Shown: piece by piece, positions 51,523 to 63,344 of the stretch
Position numbering within the stretch: the stretch's first letter is position 1
Layout of the letters: each line of letters begins with the position of its first letter
NCBI GenBank assembly: GCA_965644295.1
Contig: CBFFRP010000426.1
Span: 124,001 to 188,000, forward strand
DNA length: 64,000 nt
Reading direction: 5' to 3'
Origin: Paraphysomonas bandaiensis
Lineage: Eukaryota > Protista > Chrysophyceae
The notes under the pieces: model-generated
Told to the model about the DNA's origin: nothing
The model's input: only the letters and a program-made list of their open reading frames with translations
The model's database searches: none
Program-made: the position numbers and the translations under genes

Positions 51523-54500
51523 TCAAAACATGGACATTGGACATGGAGGGTCCTGTGAACGAAACCATCTCAGAACATCCCAGTGCCTACCGTCTGCAGC
51601 AGCTTTGCAGGTATCTTCATTCCATGGACATTGAGGATAGTGTGAACGAAGCCACTTCAGAACATCCTAGTGTCCACCTCTTGCAGCAGCACTACAAGTC
51701 CGTCCATCCCATGGACATGGAGGGTCCTGTGAACGAAACCATCTCAGAACATCCCAGTGCCTACCGTCTGCAGCAGCTTTGCAAGTATCTTCATTCCATG
51801 GACATTGAGGATAGTGTGAACGAAGCCACTTCAGAACATCCTAGTGTCCACCTCTTGCAGCAGCACTACAAGTCCGTCCATCCCATGGACATGGAGGGGC
51901 CTGTGAACGAAACCATCTCAGAACATCCCAGTGCCTACCGTCTGCAGCAGCTTTGCAAGTATCTTCATTCCATGGACATTGAGGATAGTGTGAACGAAGC
52001 CACTTCAGAACATCCTAGTGTCCACCTCTTGCAGCAGCACTACAAGTCCGTCCATCCCATGGACATGGAGGGTCCTGTGAACGAAGCCATCGAAGAACAT
52101 CCCAGCGCCTACCGTTTGCAGCAGCTTTGCAAGTATCTTCATCCCAGGGACATGGAGGGTCCTGTGAGCGAAGCCACTTCAGAACATCCAAATGCCCACG
52201 ATCTGCAGCAGCACTACAAGTCCGTCCATCCCATGGACATTGAGGATACTGTGAACGAAGCCACTTCAGAACATCCAAGTGCCCACGATCTGCAGCAGCA
52301 CTACAAGTCCGTCCATCCCATGGACATGGAGGGTCCTGTGAACGAAACCATCTCAGAACATCCCAGTGCCTACCGTCTGCAGCAGCTTTGCAAGTATCTT
52401 CATTCCATGGACATTGAGGATAGTGTGAACGAAGCCACTTCAGAACATCCTAGTGTCCACCTCTTGCAGCAGCACTACAAGTCCGTCCATCCCATGGACA
52501 TGGAGGGGCCTGTGAACGAAGCCATCGAAGAACATCCCAGTGCCTACCGTCTGCAGCAGCTTTGTAAGTATCTTCATCCCAGGGACATGGAGGGTCCTGT
52601 GAGCGAAGCCACTTCAGAACATCCAAATGAACACGATCTGCAGCAGCACTACAAGTCCGTCCATCCTATGGACATTGAGGATACTGTGAACGAAGCCACT
52701 TCAGAACATCCAAGTGTCCACCTCTTGCAGCAGCACTGCAAGTAAATCCATCCCATGGACATGGAGGGTCCTGTGAACGAAGCCACTTCAGAACATCCAA
52801 GTATCCACCTCTTGCAGCAGCTCTGCAAGTATATTCATCCCAGGGACATGGAGGGTCCTGTGAACGAAACCATCTCAGAACATCCCAGTGCCTACCGTCT
52901 GCAGCAGCTTTGCAAGTATCTTCATTCCATGGACATTGAGGATAGTGTGAACGAAGCCACTTCAGAACATCCTAGTGTCCACCTCTTGCAGCAGCACTAC
53001 AAGTCCGTCCATCCCATGGACATGGAGGGTCCTGTGAACGAAGCCATCGAAGAACATCCCAGTGCCTACCGTCTGCAGCAGCTTTGTAAGTATCTTCATC
53101 CCAGGGACATGGAGGGTCCTGTGAGCGAAGCCACTTCAGAACATCCAAATGAACACGATCTGCAGCAGCACTACAAGTCCGTCCATCCTATGGACATTGA
53201 GGATACTGTGAACGAAGCCACTTCAGAACATCCAAGTGTCCACCTCTTGCAGCAGCACTGCAAGTAAATCCATCCCATGGACATGGAGGGTCCTGTGAAC
53301 GAAGCCACTTCAGAACATCCAAGTATCCACCTCTTGCAGCAGCTCTGCAAGTATATTCATCCCAGGGACATGGAGGGTCCTGTGAACGAAACCATCTCAG
53401 AACATCCCAGTGCCTACCGTCTGCAGCAGCTTTGCAAGTATCTTCATTCCATGGACATTGAGGATAGTGTGAACGAAGCCACTTCAGAACATCCTAGTGT
53501 CCACCTCTTGCAGCAGCACTACAAGTCCGTCCATCCCATGGACATGGAGGGTCCTGTGAACGAAGCCATCGAAGAACATCCCAGTGCCTACCGTCTGCAG
53601 CAGCTTTGTAAGTATCTTCATCCCAGGGACATGGAGGGTCCTGTGAGCGAAGCCACTTCAGAACATCCAAATGAACACGATCTGCAGCAGCACTACAAGT
53701 CCGTCCATCCTATGGACATTGAGGATACTGTGAACGAAGCCACTTCAGAACATCCAAGTGTCCACCTCTTGCAGCAGCACTGCAAGTAAATCCATCCCAT
53801 GGACATGGAGGGTCCTGTGAACGAAGCCACTTCAGAACATCCAAGTATCCACCTCTTGCAGCAGCTCTGCAAGTATATTCATCCCAGGGACATGGAGGGT
53901 CCTGTGAACGAAACTATCTCAGAACATCCCAGTGCCTACCGTCTGCAGCAGCTTTGCAAGTATCTTCATCCCAGGGACATGGAGGGTCCTGTGAGCGAAG
54001 CCACCTAAGAACATCCAAGTATCCACCTCTTGCAGCAGCTCTGCTAGTATATTCATCCCAGGGACATGGAGGGTCCTGTGAACGAAACTATCTCAGAACA
54101 TCCCAGTGCCTACCGTCTGCAGCAGCTTTGCAAGTATCTTCATCCCAGGGACATGGAGGGTCCTGTGAGCGAAGCCACCTAAGAACATCCAAGTGCCCAC
54201 GATCTGCAGCAGCACTACAAGTCCGTCCATCCCATGGACATTGAGGATACTGTGAACGAAGCCACTTCAGAACATCCAAGTATCCACCTCTTGCAGCAGC
54301 TCTGCAAGTATATTCATCCCAGGGACATGGAGGGTCCTGTGAACGAAACCATCTCAGAACATCCCAGTGCCTACCGTCTGCAGCAGCTTTGCAAGTATCT
54401 TCATTCCATGGACATTGAGGATAGTGTGAACGAAGCCACTTCAGAACATCCTAGTGTCCACCTCTTGCAGCAGCACTACAAGTCCGTCCATCCCATGGAC

Positions 54501-57410
54501 ATGGAGGGTCCTGTGAACGAAACCATCTCAGAACATCCCAGTGCCTACCGTCTGCAGCAGCTTTGCAAGTATCTTCATTCCATGGACATTGAGGATAGTG
54601 TGAACGAAGCCACTTCAGAACATCCTAGTGTCCACCTCTTGCAGCAGCACTACAAGTCCGTCCATCCCATGGACATGGAGGGTCCTGTGAACGAAACCAT
54701 CTCAGAACATCCCAGTGCCTACCGTCTGCAGCAGCTTTGCAAGTATCTTCATCCCAGTGACATGGAGGGTCCTGTGAGCGAAGCCACTTCAGAACATCCA
54801 AATGCCCACGATCTGCAGCAGCACTACAAGTCCGTCCATCCCATGGACATTGAGGATACTGTGAACGAAGCCACTTCAGAACATCCAAGTGTCCACCTCT
54901 TGCAGCTGCTTCGCAAGTAAATCCATCCCATGGACATGGAGGGTCCTGTGAACGAAGCCATCGAAGAACATCCCAGCGCCTACCGTCTGCAGCAGCTTTG
55001 CAAGTATCTTCATCCCAGGGACATGGAGGGTCCTGTGAGCGAAGCCACTTCAGAACATCCAAATGCCCACGATCTGCAGCAGCACTACAAGTCCGTCCAT
55101 CCCATGGACATTGAGGATACTGTGAACGAAGCCACTTCAGAACATCCAAGTGCCCACCTCTTGCAGCAGCACTGCAAGTAAATCCATCCCATGGACATGG
55201 AGGGTCCTGTGAACGAAGCCATCGAAGAACATCCCAGCGCCTACCGTCTGCAGCAGCTTTGCAAGTATCTTCATTCCAGGGACATGGAGGGTCCTGTGAG
55301 CGAAGCCACTTCAGAACATCCAAATGCCCACGATCTGCAGCAGCACTACAAGTCCGTCCATCCCATGGACATTGAGGATACTGTGAACGAAGCCACTTCA
55401 GAACATCCAAGTGCCCACGATCTGCAGCAGCACTACAAGTAAATCCATCCCATGGACATGGAGGGTCCTGTGAACGAAGCCATCGAAGAACATCCCAGCG
55501 CCTACCGTCTGCAGCAGCTTTGCAAGTATCTTCATCCCAGGGACATGGAGGGTCCTGTGAACGAAGCCACTTCAGAACATCCAAATGCCCACGATCTGCA
55601 GCAGCACTACAAGTCCGTCCATCCCATGGACATGGAGGATACTGTGAACGAAGCCACTTCAGAACATCCAAGTGCCCACGATCTGCAGCAGCACTACAAG
55701 TCCGTCCATCCCATGGACATGGAGGGTCCTGTGAACGAAGCCATCGAAGAATATCCACGTGCCCACTCTCTGCAGCAGCTTTGCAAGTATCTTCATTCCA
55801 TGGACATGGAGGGTCCTGTGAACGAAGCCAATCCAGAATATCCAAATGCCCACGATATGCAGCAGCACTACAAGTCCGTCCATCCCATGGACATTGAGGA
55901 TACTGCGAGCGAAGCCACTTCAGAACATCCAAATGAACACGATCTGCAGCAGCACTACAAGTCCGTCCATCCTATGGACATTGAGGATACTGTGAACGAA
56001 GCCACTTCAGAACATCCAAGTGTCCACCTCTTGCAGCTGCTTCGCAAGTAAATCCATCCCATGGACATGGAGGGTCCTGTGAACGAAGCCATCGAAGAAC
56101 ATCCCAGCGCCTACCGTCTGCAGCAGCTTTGCAAGTATCTTCATCCCAGGGACATGGAGGGTCCTGTGAGCGAAGCCACTTCAGAACATCCAAATGCCCA
56201 CGATCTGCAGCAGCACTACAAGTCCGTCCATCCCATGGACATTGAGGATACTGTGAACGAAGCCACTTCAGAACATCCAAGTGCCCACCTCTTGCAGCAG
56301 CACTGCAAGTAAATCCATCCCATGGACATGGAGGGTCCTGTGAACGAAGCCATCGAAGAACATCCCAGCGCCTACCGTCTGCAGCAGCTTTGCAAGTATC
56401 TTCATTCCAGGGACATGGAGGGTCCTGTGAGCGAAGCCACTTCAGAACATCCAAATGCCCACGATCTGCAGCAGCACTACAAGTCCGTCCATCCCATGGA
56501 CATTGAGGATACTGTGAACGAAGCCACTTCAGAACATCCAAGTGCCCACGATCTGCAGCAGCACTACAAGTAAATCCATCCCATGGACATGGAGGGTCCT
56601 GTGAACGAAGCCATCGAAGAACATCCCAGCGCCTACCGTCTGCAGCAGCTTTGCAAGTATCTTCATCCCAGGGACATGGAGGGTCCTGTGAACGAAGCCA
56701 CTTCAGAACATCCAAATGCCCACGATCTGCAGCAGCACTACAAGTCCGTCCATCCCATGGACATTGAGGATACTGTGAACGAAGCCACTTCAGAACATCC
56801 AAGTGCCCACGATCTGCAGCAGCACTACAAGTCCGTCCATCCCATGGACATGGAGGGTCCTGTGAACGAAGCCATCGAAGAATATCCACGTGCCCACTCT
56901 CTGCAGCAGCTTTGCAAGTATCTTCATTCCATGGACATGGAGGGTCCTGTGAACGAAGCCAATCCAGAATATCCAAGTGCCCACCCTCTGCAGCTGCTTC
57001 GCAAGAATATAAACTCCATCGACATGGAGGGTCCTGTGAACGAAGCCACATCAGAACATCCAAATGCCCACTTTCTGCAGCAGCACTGCAAGTCTGTGAA
57101 TCCCATAGACATGGAGGATGTTGTGAACGAAGCCACTTCAGAACATCCAAGTGTCCACCTCTTGCAGCATCTCTGCAAGTCCGCCCACCCCAGGGACATG
57201 GAGGGTCCTGTGAACGAAGCCATCGAAGAATATCCAAGTGCCCACTCTCTGCAGCAGCTTTGCAAGTATCTTCATTCCATGGACATGGAGGGTCCTGTGA
57301 ACGAAGCCACCTAAGAACATCCACGTGTCCACCTCTTGCAGCATCTCTGCAAGTCATTGAATTATATACATTCCATGGACATGGAGGGTCCTGTGCATGA
57401 AGCCACTGAT
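51523..57410 (-). repeat. Coding tandem array of 67 x 87-bp ankyrin-like units, all in one frame, interrupted by 14 TAG codons
   Basis: The anchor ggacat at 57377 and 51539 gives (5838-9)/87 = 67 units. 57765 to 51523 is 6243 nt = 2081 codons and ends with the same CPMSMF* as the short paralog. Confidence 0.93.
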
Positions 57411-57765
57411 GTGTATCCAATTCAATAGAAGCATGATCTGCATTATGTGTATGTGTATATGTATGTGTGTGTAAGTATTTCATCTGCTGTAATCTGCCGT
57501 ATAGTGCACATGTATTCATTAGTTTGAGGTGTGGGCAGCCCATAGACAGAGCCCATGAGACCATTGAGTTGGTCATACAGTAGTGAGATGCATGTGACTC
57601 TACTCTCTCTCTCCTCCTAACTCTGCTCTTAACTCTCGTGTTATCAGCCATGTCGTGAAGTCTCTTGCAAGTCATCATCACAGGAAGGAGAGCTGTGTGT
57701 GGGATCATAGAGATGATGATACGAATCACGTCATCGTTGAGATCAGATATACTCAACATACCCAT
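55972..57765 (-). CDS. F-box-like + CPW-type ankyrin-like repeat protein, long paralog (597 aa and 16 repeats to the first TAG; frame continues to TGA at 51523)
   Basis: F-box pattern ISDLNDDVIRIIISMIPHTALLPVMMTCKRLHDMA; 29-aa repeats CPWxxxTCxAAAxxG[H/R][L/W]DVL[K/R]WLRSQ[D/Y]P[P/Q]. Confidence 0.85.
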   Translation of the reverse strand: MGMLSISDLNDDVIRIIISMIPHTALLPVMMTCKRLHDMADNTRVKSRVRRRERVESHASHYCMTNSMVSWALSMGCPHLKLMNTCALYGRLQQMKYLHTHTYTHTHNADHASIELDTHQWLHAQDPPCPWNVYNSMTCRDAARGGHVDVLRWLRSQDPPCPWNEDTCKAAAESGHLDILRWLRSQDPPCPWGGRTCRDAARGGHLDVLKWLRSQHPPCLWDSQTCSAAAESGHLDVLMWLRSQDPPCRWSLYSCEAAAEGGHLDILDWLRSQDPPCPWNEDTCKAAAESGHVDILRWLRSQDPPCPWDGRTCSAAADRGHLDVLKWLRSQYPQCPWDGRTCSAAADRGHLDVLKWLRSQDPPCPWDEDTCKAAADGRRWDVLRWLRSQDPPCPWDGFTCSAAADRGHLDVLKWLRSQYPQCPWDGRTCSAAADRGHLDVLKWLRSQDPPCPWNEDTCKAAADGRRWDVLRWLRSQDPPCPWDGFTCSAAARGGHLDVLKWLRSQYPQCPWDGRTCSAAADRGHLDVLKWLRSQDPPCPWDEDTCKAAADGRRWDVLRWLRSQDPPCPWDGFTCEAAARGGHLDVLKWLRSQYPQCP

Positions 57766-58391
57766 ACTGATGATATGATGAGGTTACGTGAGTCTGATGG
57801 AGTGTGTATACATACACAGCAGATGACAGTGACTCACATCTGTACAGCAGGACACATACATACATACACTGCACTGCACTGCACTCTGTGTGTGGGAACA
57901 TCATTCTGGTGACACTTCCTGGGGCACAGAATACTGCTGTATATGATAGTATACACTGCTGTACATATCTGCTGCTGTGTGTGCAATGTATGTACGTGTA
58001 TACCTATATAGTAGTACGTGTATACCTGTACACTATGTATATGGAGTGTCGGCCACACGTGTACGTGGTATACACGGATATACGTACACACTGCTATACG
58101 CCTTGCACCTTGTTGTCCATGTAATGAGTACATGGTATACAGGACGGTATATAGTATGGTGTGTGGTGGCTTGCAGCAATTAAGTGGTTGGTATGACTGT
58201 ATATGTACAGTACATATACACACACAGCAGCAGTGCAGATATATACCCTCATATATATATACATACAGACATCTCTGCATATAACAGTAGCGATATAACA
58301 CCATAGATATTCATATAGCAAGTGTCAACTTGTGGTGGTATAGATATATTGTTGGTTGAGTTGTCTATCGTATCAGCGCATAGATAGCATC

Positions 58392-60458
58392 ATGTCCAGT
58401 GGAATTGAAATGAAGAGCGCTGAAAGAGACAGTGAGGTACAACACACACCTACATATACATATATACATACGAATAAGATCATATGACAGGGGAGGGAGT
58501 TTCTATCTGATTCAAAGTGGCAAAAAATGGGCACTCAAACATTTTCAAGTGCCGCTACAGAGTATATGGAGAACGTATCACGTCGTATGACTCAAGGGTT
58601 TTTCGATGAAGATAAAATTCGTGTATTGTGGCTATCATCAACTCTTTTTTTTACTGTTGGTGGATATTGGCTATTGAGATCACTGAAGGATCCTATCATT
58701 AGTGTCATTGACGGGGTAAGATTGCATGTGAGCTCCGTTTCGAAGTGTTTACTTTTGTACTGCAGGTCGACCGCATTCCCCAAGCCAAAATATTGTCTTT
58801 AGTCGTAGTTTTGGCCCTTGTAGTTGTATGTAAGTAGACCTGCTTTTGCATATGGGTTTTCTTAGCAATTTGTGCAGATAATAAGCTGGTGGATATCATG
58901 CCCAAACATCACTTATTCTACCTGATGGGTAGTGCCTATGCCATTATATTCGGCATCACATCGCTTCTGTTATCACATCCTACAATCGGTATTGCCAATA
59001 ATGACGCGGATCCGACCCGTCTACTGGGATGGATATCTTATGTTGCAATCGAATCGTTTGGCTCTATTGTTATTCAGTGCTACTGGGCGTTGGTCAATGC
59101 ATCAGTGGATGTGACATTTGCCAAGAAGAACTACGGCATTATCGTCGCTGGTGCACAGATTGGCTCTATTCTTGGTCCGACAGTGGCTACTCACGCAGAG
59201 TACATTGGTGTGCCTACGTTGTACATGGGTGGCTCCCTGTGTATGGTGTTTATGGTACTTGCGATGTACATGTATGTGGAACGCTTTGGTGCACCTGTGG
59301 AGGAAGAGGCTCCTGAAAAGCAACCTCTTTCAGGAGATGATAAAAATAAGAAACCAAAGAAAACTGGTGTGCTTGAAGGCTTTTATCTGTTTTTTGAACA
59401 CGACTTTGTCAAAGGCATATTCTGTGTGTCAAGTTTGTTTATGATTCAGTTTACAGTATTCGATTATATGATGAAGGTGCTGGCTAAGGACAAGTTTGAG
59501 CTACTCTATCCAGATGACCCTCAACTTGCTCTTCGAGGCTTTGCATCATTTATGGGTAGGTTTGGGCAGGTCACCAATACCATATCTTTCGCATTTTCTC
59601 TCTTCGGTACTGGATTCGTCATACAGAACTGTGGTCTAACAGCCACGATGTTGTCCTTCCCGATTCTGATGCTCATCTGCACTGTCCTTGTGTGGATTTC
59701 ACCTGACTTATGGGTACGTCACAGATAGATATAGTTTAGTGTATTTGAGCATAGCGTAGTGCAACAGAAAACTGATTACTGTATTCGTTGAATGTGATGT
59801 ATTGCACTTTTATATGTGATGCATATATTCCCTGTCATAACTTACGTTTATGAAATACAGACCATATTCGCGGTTATGATGATCGTAAAGGGTATGAGCT
59901 ATGCTCTCAACAATCCTTGCAAAGAAATTTTGTACCAGGTGTGTGTAACAACCTAGTGATGAATGCACGGTGATCCTATGTTTTTGGTACTGTAGGTTAC
60001 ATCTACCAATGTCAAGTTCAAGTGCAAGTCTTGGATTGATACAATGGGGCAAAGGGGATGCAAGGCAGCAGGGTCTTTGATCACAAATGCTTTTGCAAAC
60101 AGCCTAGGAGACCTTCTAACGTGAGCATCATTTTCTTATCTAATCTAGCCTGACTTAAAAACAGATATGGCAACGGGGTTGGACTCATCATAAATCTCTT
60201 TCTCTTAGTGGTGTCCAAGTACATGGGCAGGTGAATTATTGCGTGGAATTTTCTGTCGATCAGATAGTAATATATACTCTGTACAGAAAATTTGAAGAAT
60301 TATCCGAAACCGGACATAAGGTTGGAGAAGAACCTCCAGCAGTTCGTGTCGGTGATGGTCTCGACGTTGACCATCCCGAGGACCTTGAGGCAGATGATGA
60401 CGACTCGAAGTGTGGCCTTGAGGAGGAAGGGCAAGCACTGGACGAGGAGAAGAATTAA
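58392..60458 (+). CDS. TLC/NTT (ATP:ADP antiporter, AAA family)-like nucleotide transporter, multi-exon
   Basis: [37 protein letters not shown]...[57 protein letters not shown]; many TM helices. Confidence 0.8.
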
Positions 60459-60853
60459 CGACATAATGTGGACATTGTAGCTCATGTGTTATGATACTAT
60501 GGTAGGAGATGAAGTAAATACAAAATAGCCCACTCGTCACTCGTAGTAACGTCTTTGGGCCAAACTATTAGACTTAATTACTTTTCTGTTGTAGTTGAGT
60601 GATGTAACAAAATCTTTCTACTCATATATATTTGTTGTTCGAAACTTAATGTCCACTGACACACGATTCATTTTCAACAAGAGAGATTAGTGGTCTCGAA
60701 TAACAGTAACATGTACAGTAGATCTACTTCAGCTGGGAAGCTATTTAGTAGTAGACAGGTGACGATTTTATATATAGTATGTACTATGTATGTTACGTAT
60801 TTCAAACTTGAACAATATTTACACTTCATGTTTATTTATATTCTAGCTGTAAA

Positions 60854-62814
60854 CTACACATATGACAATAATTTCTTGAATTTGCTGTAGAGATTAAGAT
60901 AATCAGAGTGAAAATAAAGCTTTCTACCATCAATGTCTAGAGCATCTTGTGTGGAAGAAACAAAGAAACTGAAGTGCATCAGGTGACACCTGCATTAAAA
61001 AAGTATATTCCAGAATGAAAACGTATACACTGAAAAAAATAATTATACCTCTCACTCGATGGTCTGTACTCCCGGCACTTGCATCTGCAATTATGTATAC
61101 AGAGTAAAAAATGAGCAGACAAATTCAAAAGTCTTACTTTATGCACAGCTGATGAACTCCTCCGATGGGACAAGCACTGCCAACTTGTAAATCCATGGAT
61201 TTCCGGCTAAAAGGCTTCTTCTCCACCGCTACACCTTCCCAGCAGCCCAGCATGCGGTCGAGTGATCTACGGCGATTTGTGGAAGCAAAAGCATCCCGCA
61301 TGCATTGGACCGTTTTTGAAAATAGTATATCGTCTAACGGCACGGAATCGCCTGCCTGACGAGTAAGTACCGGGGAGTAAATCACGCGGGGCAGGCTCAG
61401 ACCTAGATCAACATGATATAAGTCATTATGATACCTGAATCACTGTCCAATAACAAGGTATGATGGAAACTTACGCTGTACCCCGATATTAACCATTTCA
61501 GTGAAGTATTTTCGCTGGTAAGTCTTCTGGTTGGAAAGACTACTAACCACTTTCACTGCATTCTGTCTCTGACGTGTCCTTCCTATCTTGTCTTTGCTGA
61601 TTGTTAAGAAATCGGGCAAACCAGAACAAAAGAAAAACTCATCCCTATCAACAAATAGCATATACGGAACATGGCTGTACTGCTGCCGAGCTAGCATGTA
61701 AGTCTTGCGTTTGTCAGAATTTTGGTTACCCTCTTCATTATCCTGCAGATCAACAATAAGTGCAAAGGTATAAAAATAACTTCTATGCAATCATACTTTG
61801 GCAATATTGGGGTTGCTACTTTCTCGTGCAGTCGCATTGTTGTAATGCAAAAAGCCGGAATTCGACTAAGATACAATCAGAGAGAATCCAAATATTTCAA
61901 TACCCACATACCTGTTGATTCCTGTACCGATCATTATATATATCTGGAAGCACAAGCTGCAGCATAGTGTAGGGGTGGTATCTGAATCTTTCATGTGTCA
62001 TAAGTTCCCGAAGGAACCCCTCATGCATACCAAATCTATCATACACAATCACCATCCATCCAAGAACTAAGTGAAAACGAGCGAACATATACATCATTGG
62101 GCCTGTGAGTTCATTGTAGAATGTCTGTACAGTACATACGGCACGATAGCGTGCTTGCTTCTCGTACTGGTCATTAGAAAAGTGCAATGAGCGCACCATC
62201 ATTTGCGCTAGCAATGGAGGGGAACAACCTTGGAATACACTAGTGAACTTCAAGAGTGATGGTTTATTTCTAATTAATTCTGAATAACATTTTGGGTATA
62301 CTCGGATCTGAGTGTCACTTCTGTTTACTTGATCACTATTCAACGCACATATGTTCATTTTCTCTGATTCAAAATCAACAAAGCATAGAATAGCAATGGA
62401 TAATGTAAACGGAACATCCTGTAAAAGACGGAATGAGAAGTTTATACTGACCCCTATGTATTGACTACTCACCGTTGGGTTTCCAGGCATCACACCATCA
62501 TGTGTCATGTAGAGACATGTATGTATATCGGATGCATATCTTAAGGCTCCATAGCCATGCTCCCATATAGCAGAGTCCTCTGCAGGTAGCTTTAACACAC
62601 CCGTGTAAAGTATTTCACACTGATATGTATCTGGTATTAACAAGCGAAGTGATTCAGGTATTAACCATCTACTTGCTTTGGAAGTATGAGATAAGGGGAT
62701 CAGTGACTGGCTCGTAACGTATAGATCAGTATGTGTATTGCTACATACATGTATATATGTGATTGATAATACAGACCACCATAACCCGATTACTGTATAT
62801 TGTAATCGAACCAT
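60854..62814 (-). CDS. Putative GT-A glycosyltransferase (GT92/GT2-like), multi-exon
   Basis: N-terminal hydrophobic anchor; FARFHLVLGWMVIVYDRFG, YMLFVDRDEFFFC (DxDE), KSMD and CHLMHF near the C-terminus; stop at 60854. Confidence 0.6.
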
Positions 62815-63344
62815 TGATATTTGATACCACCTTATTGAAAGGGAATATCATATGGAGAACAACTGCATGTGAATGAGTGATATGGATGACTCTATCTATG
62901 TACTGTATATATATTTAAGAGACACAGAGGTGTGTGTTGATATTTCATAGATTTTTAGTTTCCAAGGACTAGATTTCAGTATTTTGGTAGAAATTCCCTA
63001 TATATGGGGCATAATTTTCTGGTTTATGAATATACCATAATATATATACGTATGTGCCGATTATGTACTAGCCTACAGGTGTATGAGTACATATACACTA
63101 TCCATGTGATGACTTAAATATATATATATGATACATCCCTAACCTTAACAAGATGATTACACTCTACTTGACTCCTTGTATCATATCCCTATAATTCCTT
63201 GGAAGACAATGACACTTCCAATACATTACTGTATCAATTAGTTGATTCTATATGTCATAACACACATAGAAGTGTCCATTACTGTCCTGTTATCTATATA
63301 TACATATATATCTATATATACACATATATTTCATATATTTATAC

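Noticed and set aside
51667-55974. Genome-wide reassignment of TAG to an amino acid
   Set aside because: TAG is the normal terminator of conserved genes here (pol 3603-3605, ABHD 5695-5697, dolichol kinase 39583-39585, TM9SF 50188-50190), so any recoding would have to be locus-specific.
51537-57400. Plus-strand repetitive ORFs (MDMEGPVNEATSEHP...)
   Set aside because: Antisense shadows of the 87-bp ankyrin-like array. The minus frame has the recognisable fold and F-box head, and a stop-poor unit repeated in tandem gives long antisense ORFs automatically.
28088-57765. Endogenous giant-virus insertion, suggested by the virus-like ankyrin repeats
   Set aside because: No NCLDV core genes are present, and the intervening and flanking genes are ordinary intron-containing host genes. 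A viral origin of the gene family itself remains untested.
57804-58321. Overlapping Cys/Tyr/Val-rich ORFs upstream of the long ankyrin gene
   Set aside because: TA/CA/TG-rich promoter-type low-complexity DNA, similar to other divergent intergenic regions in the window.
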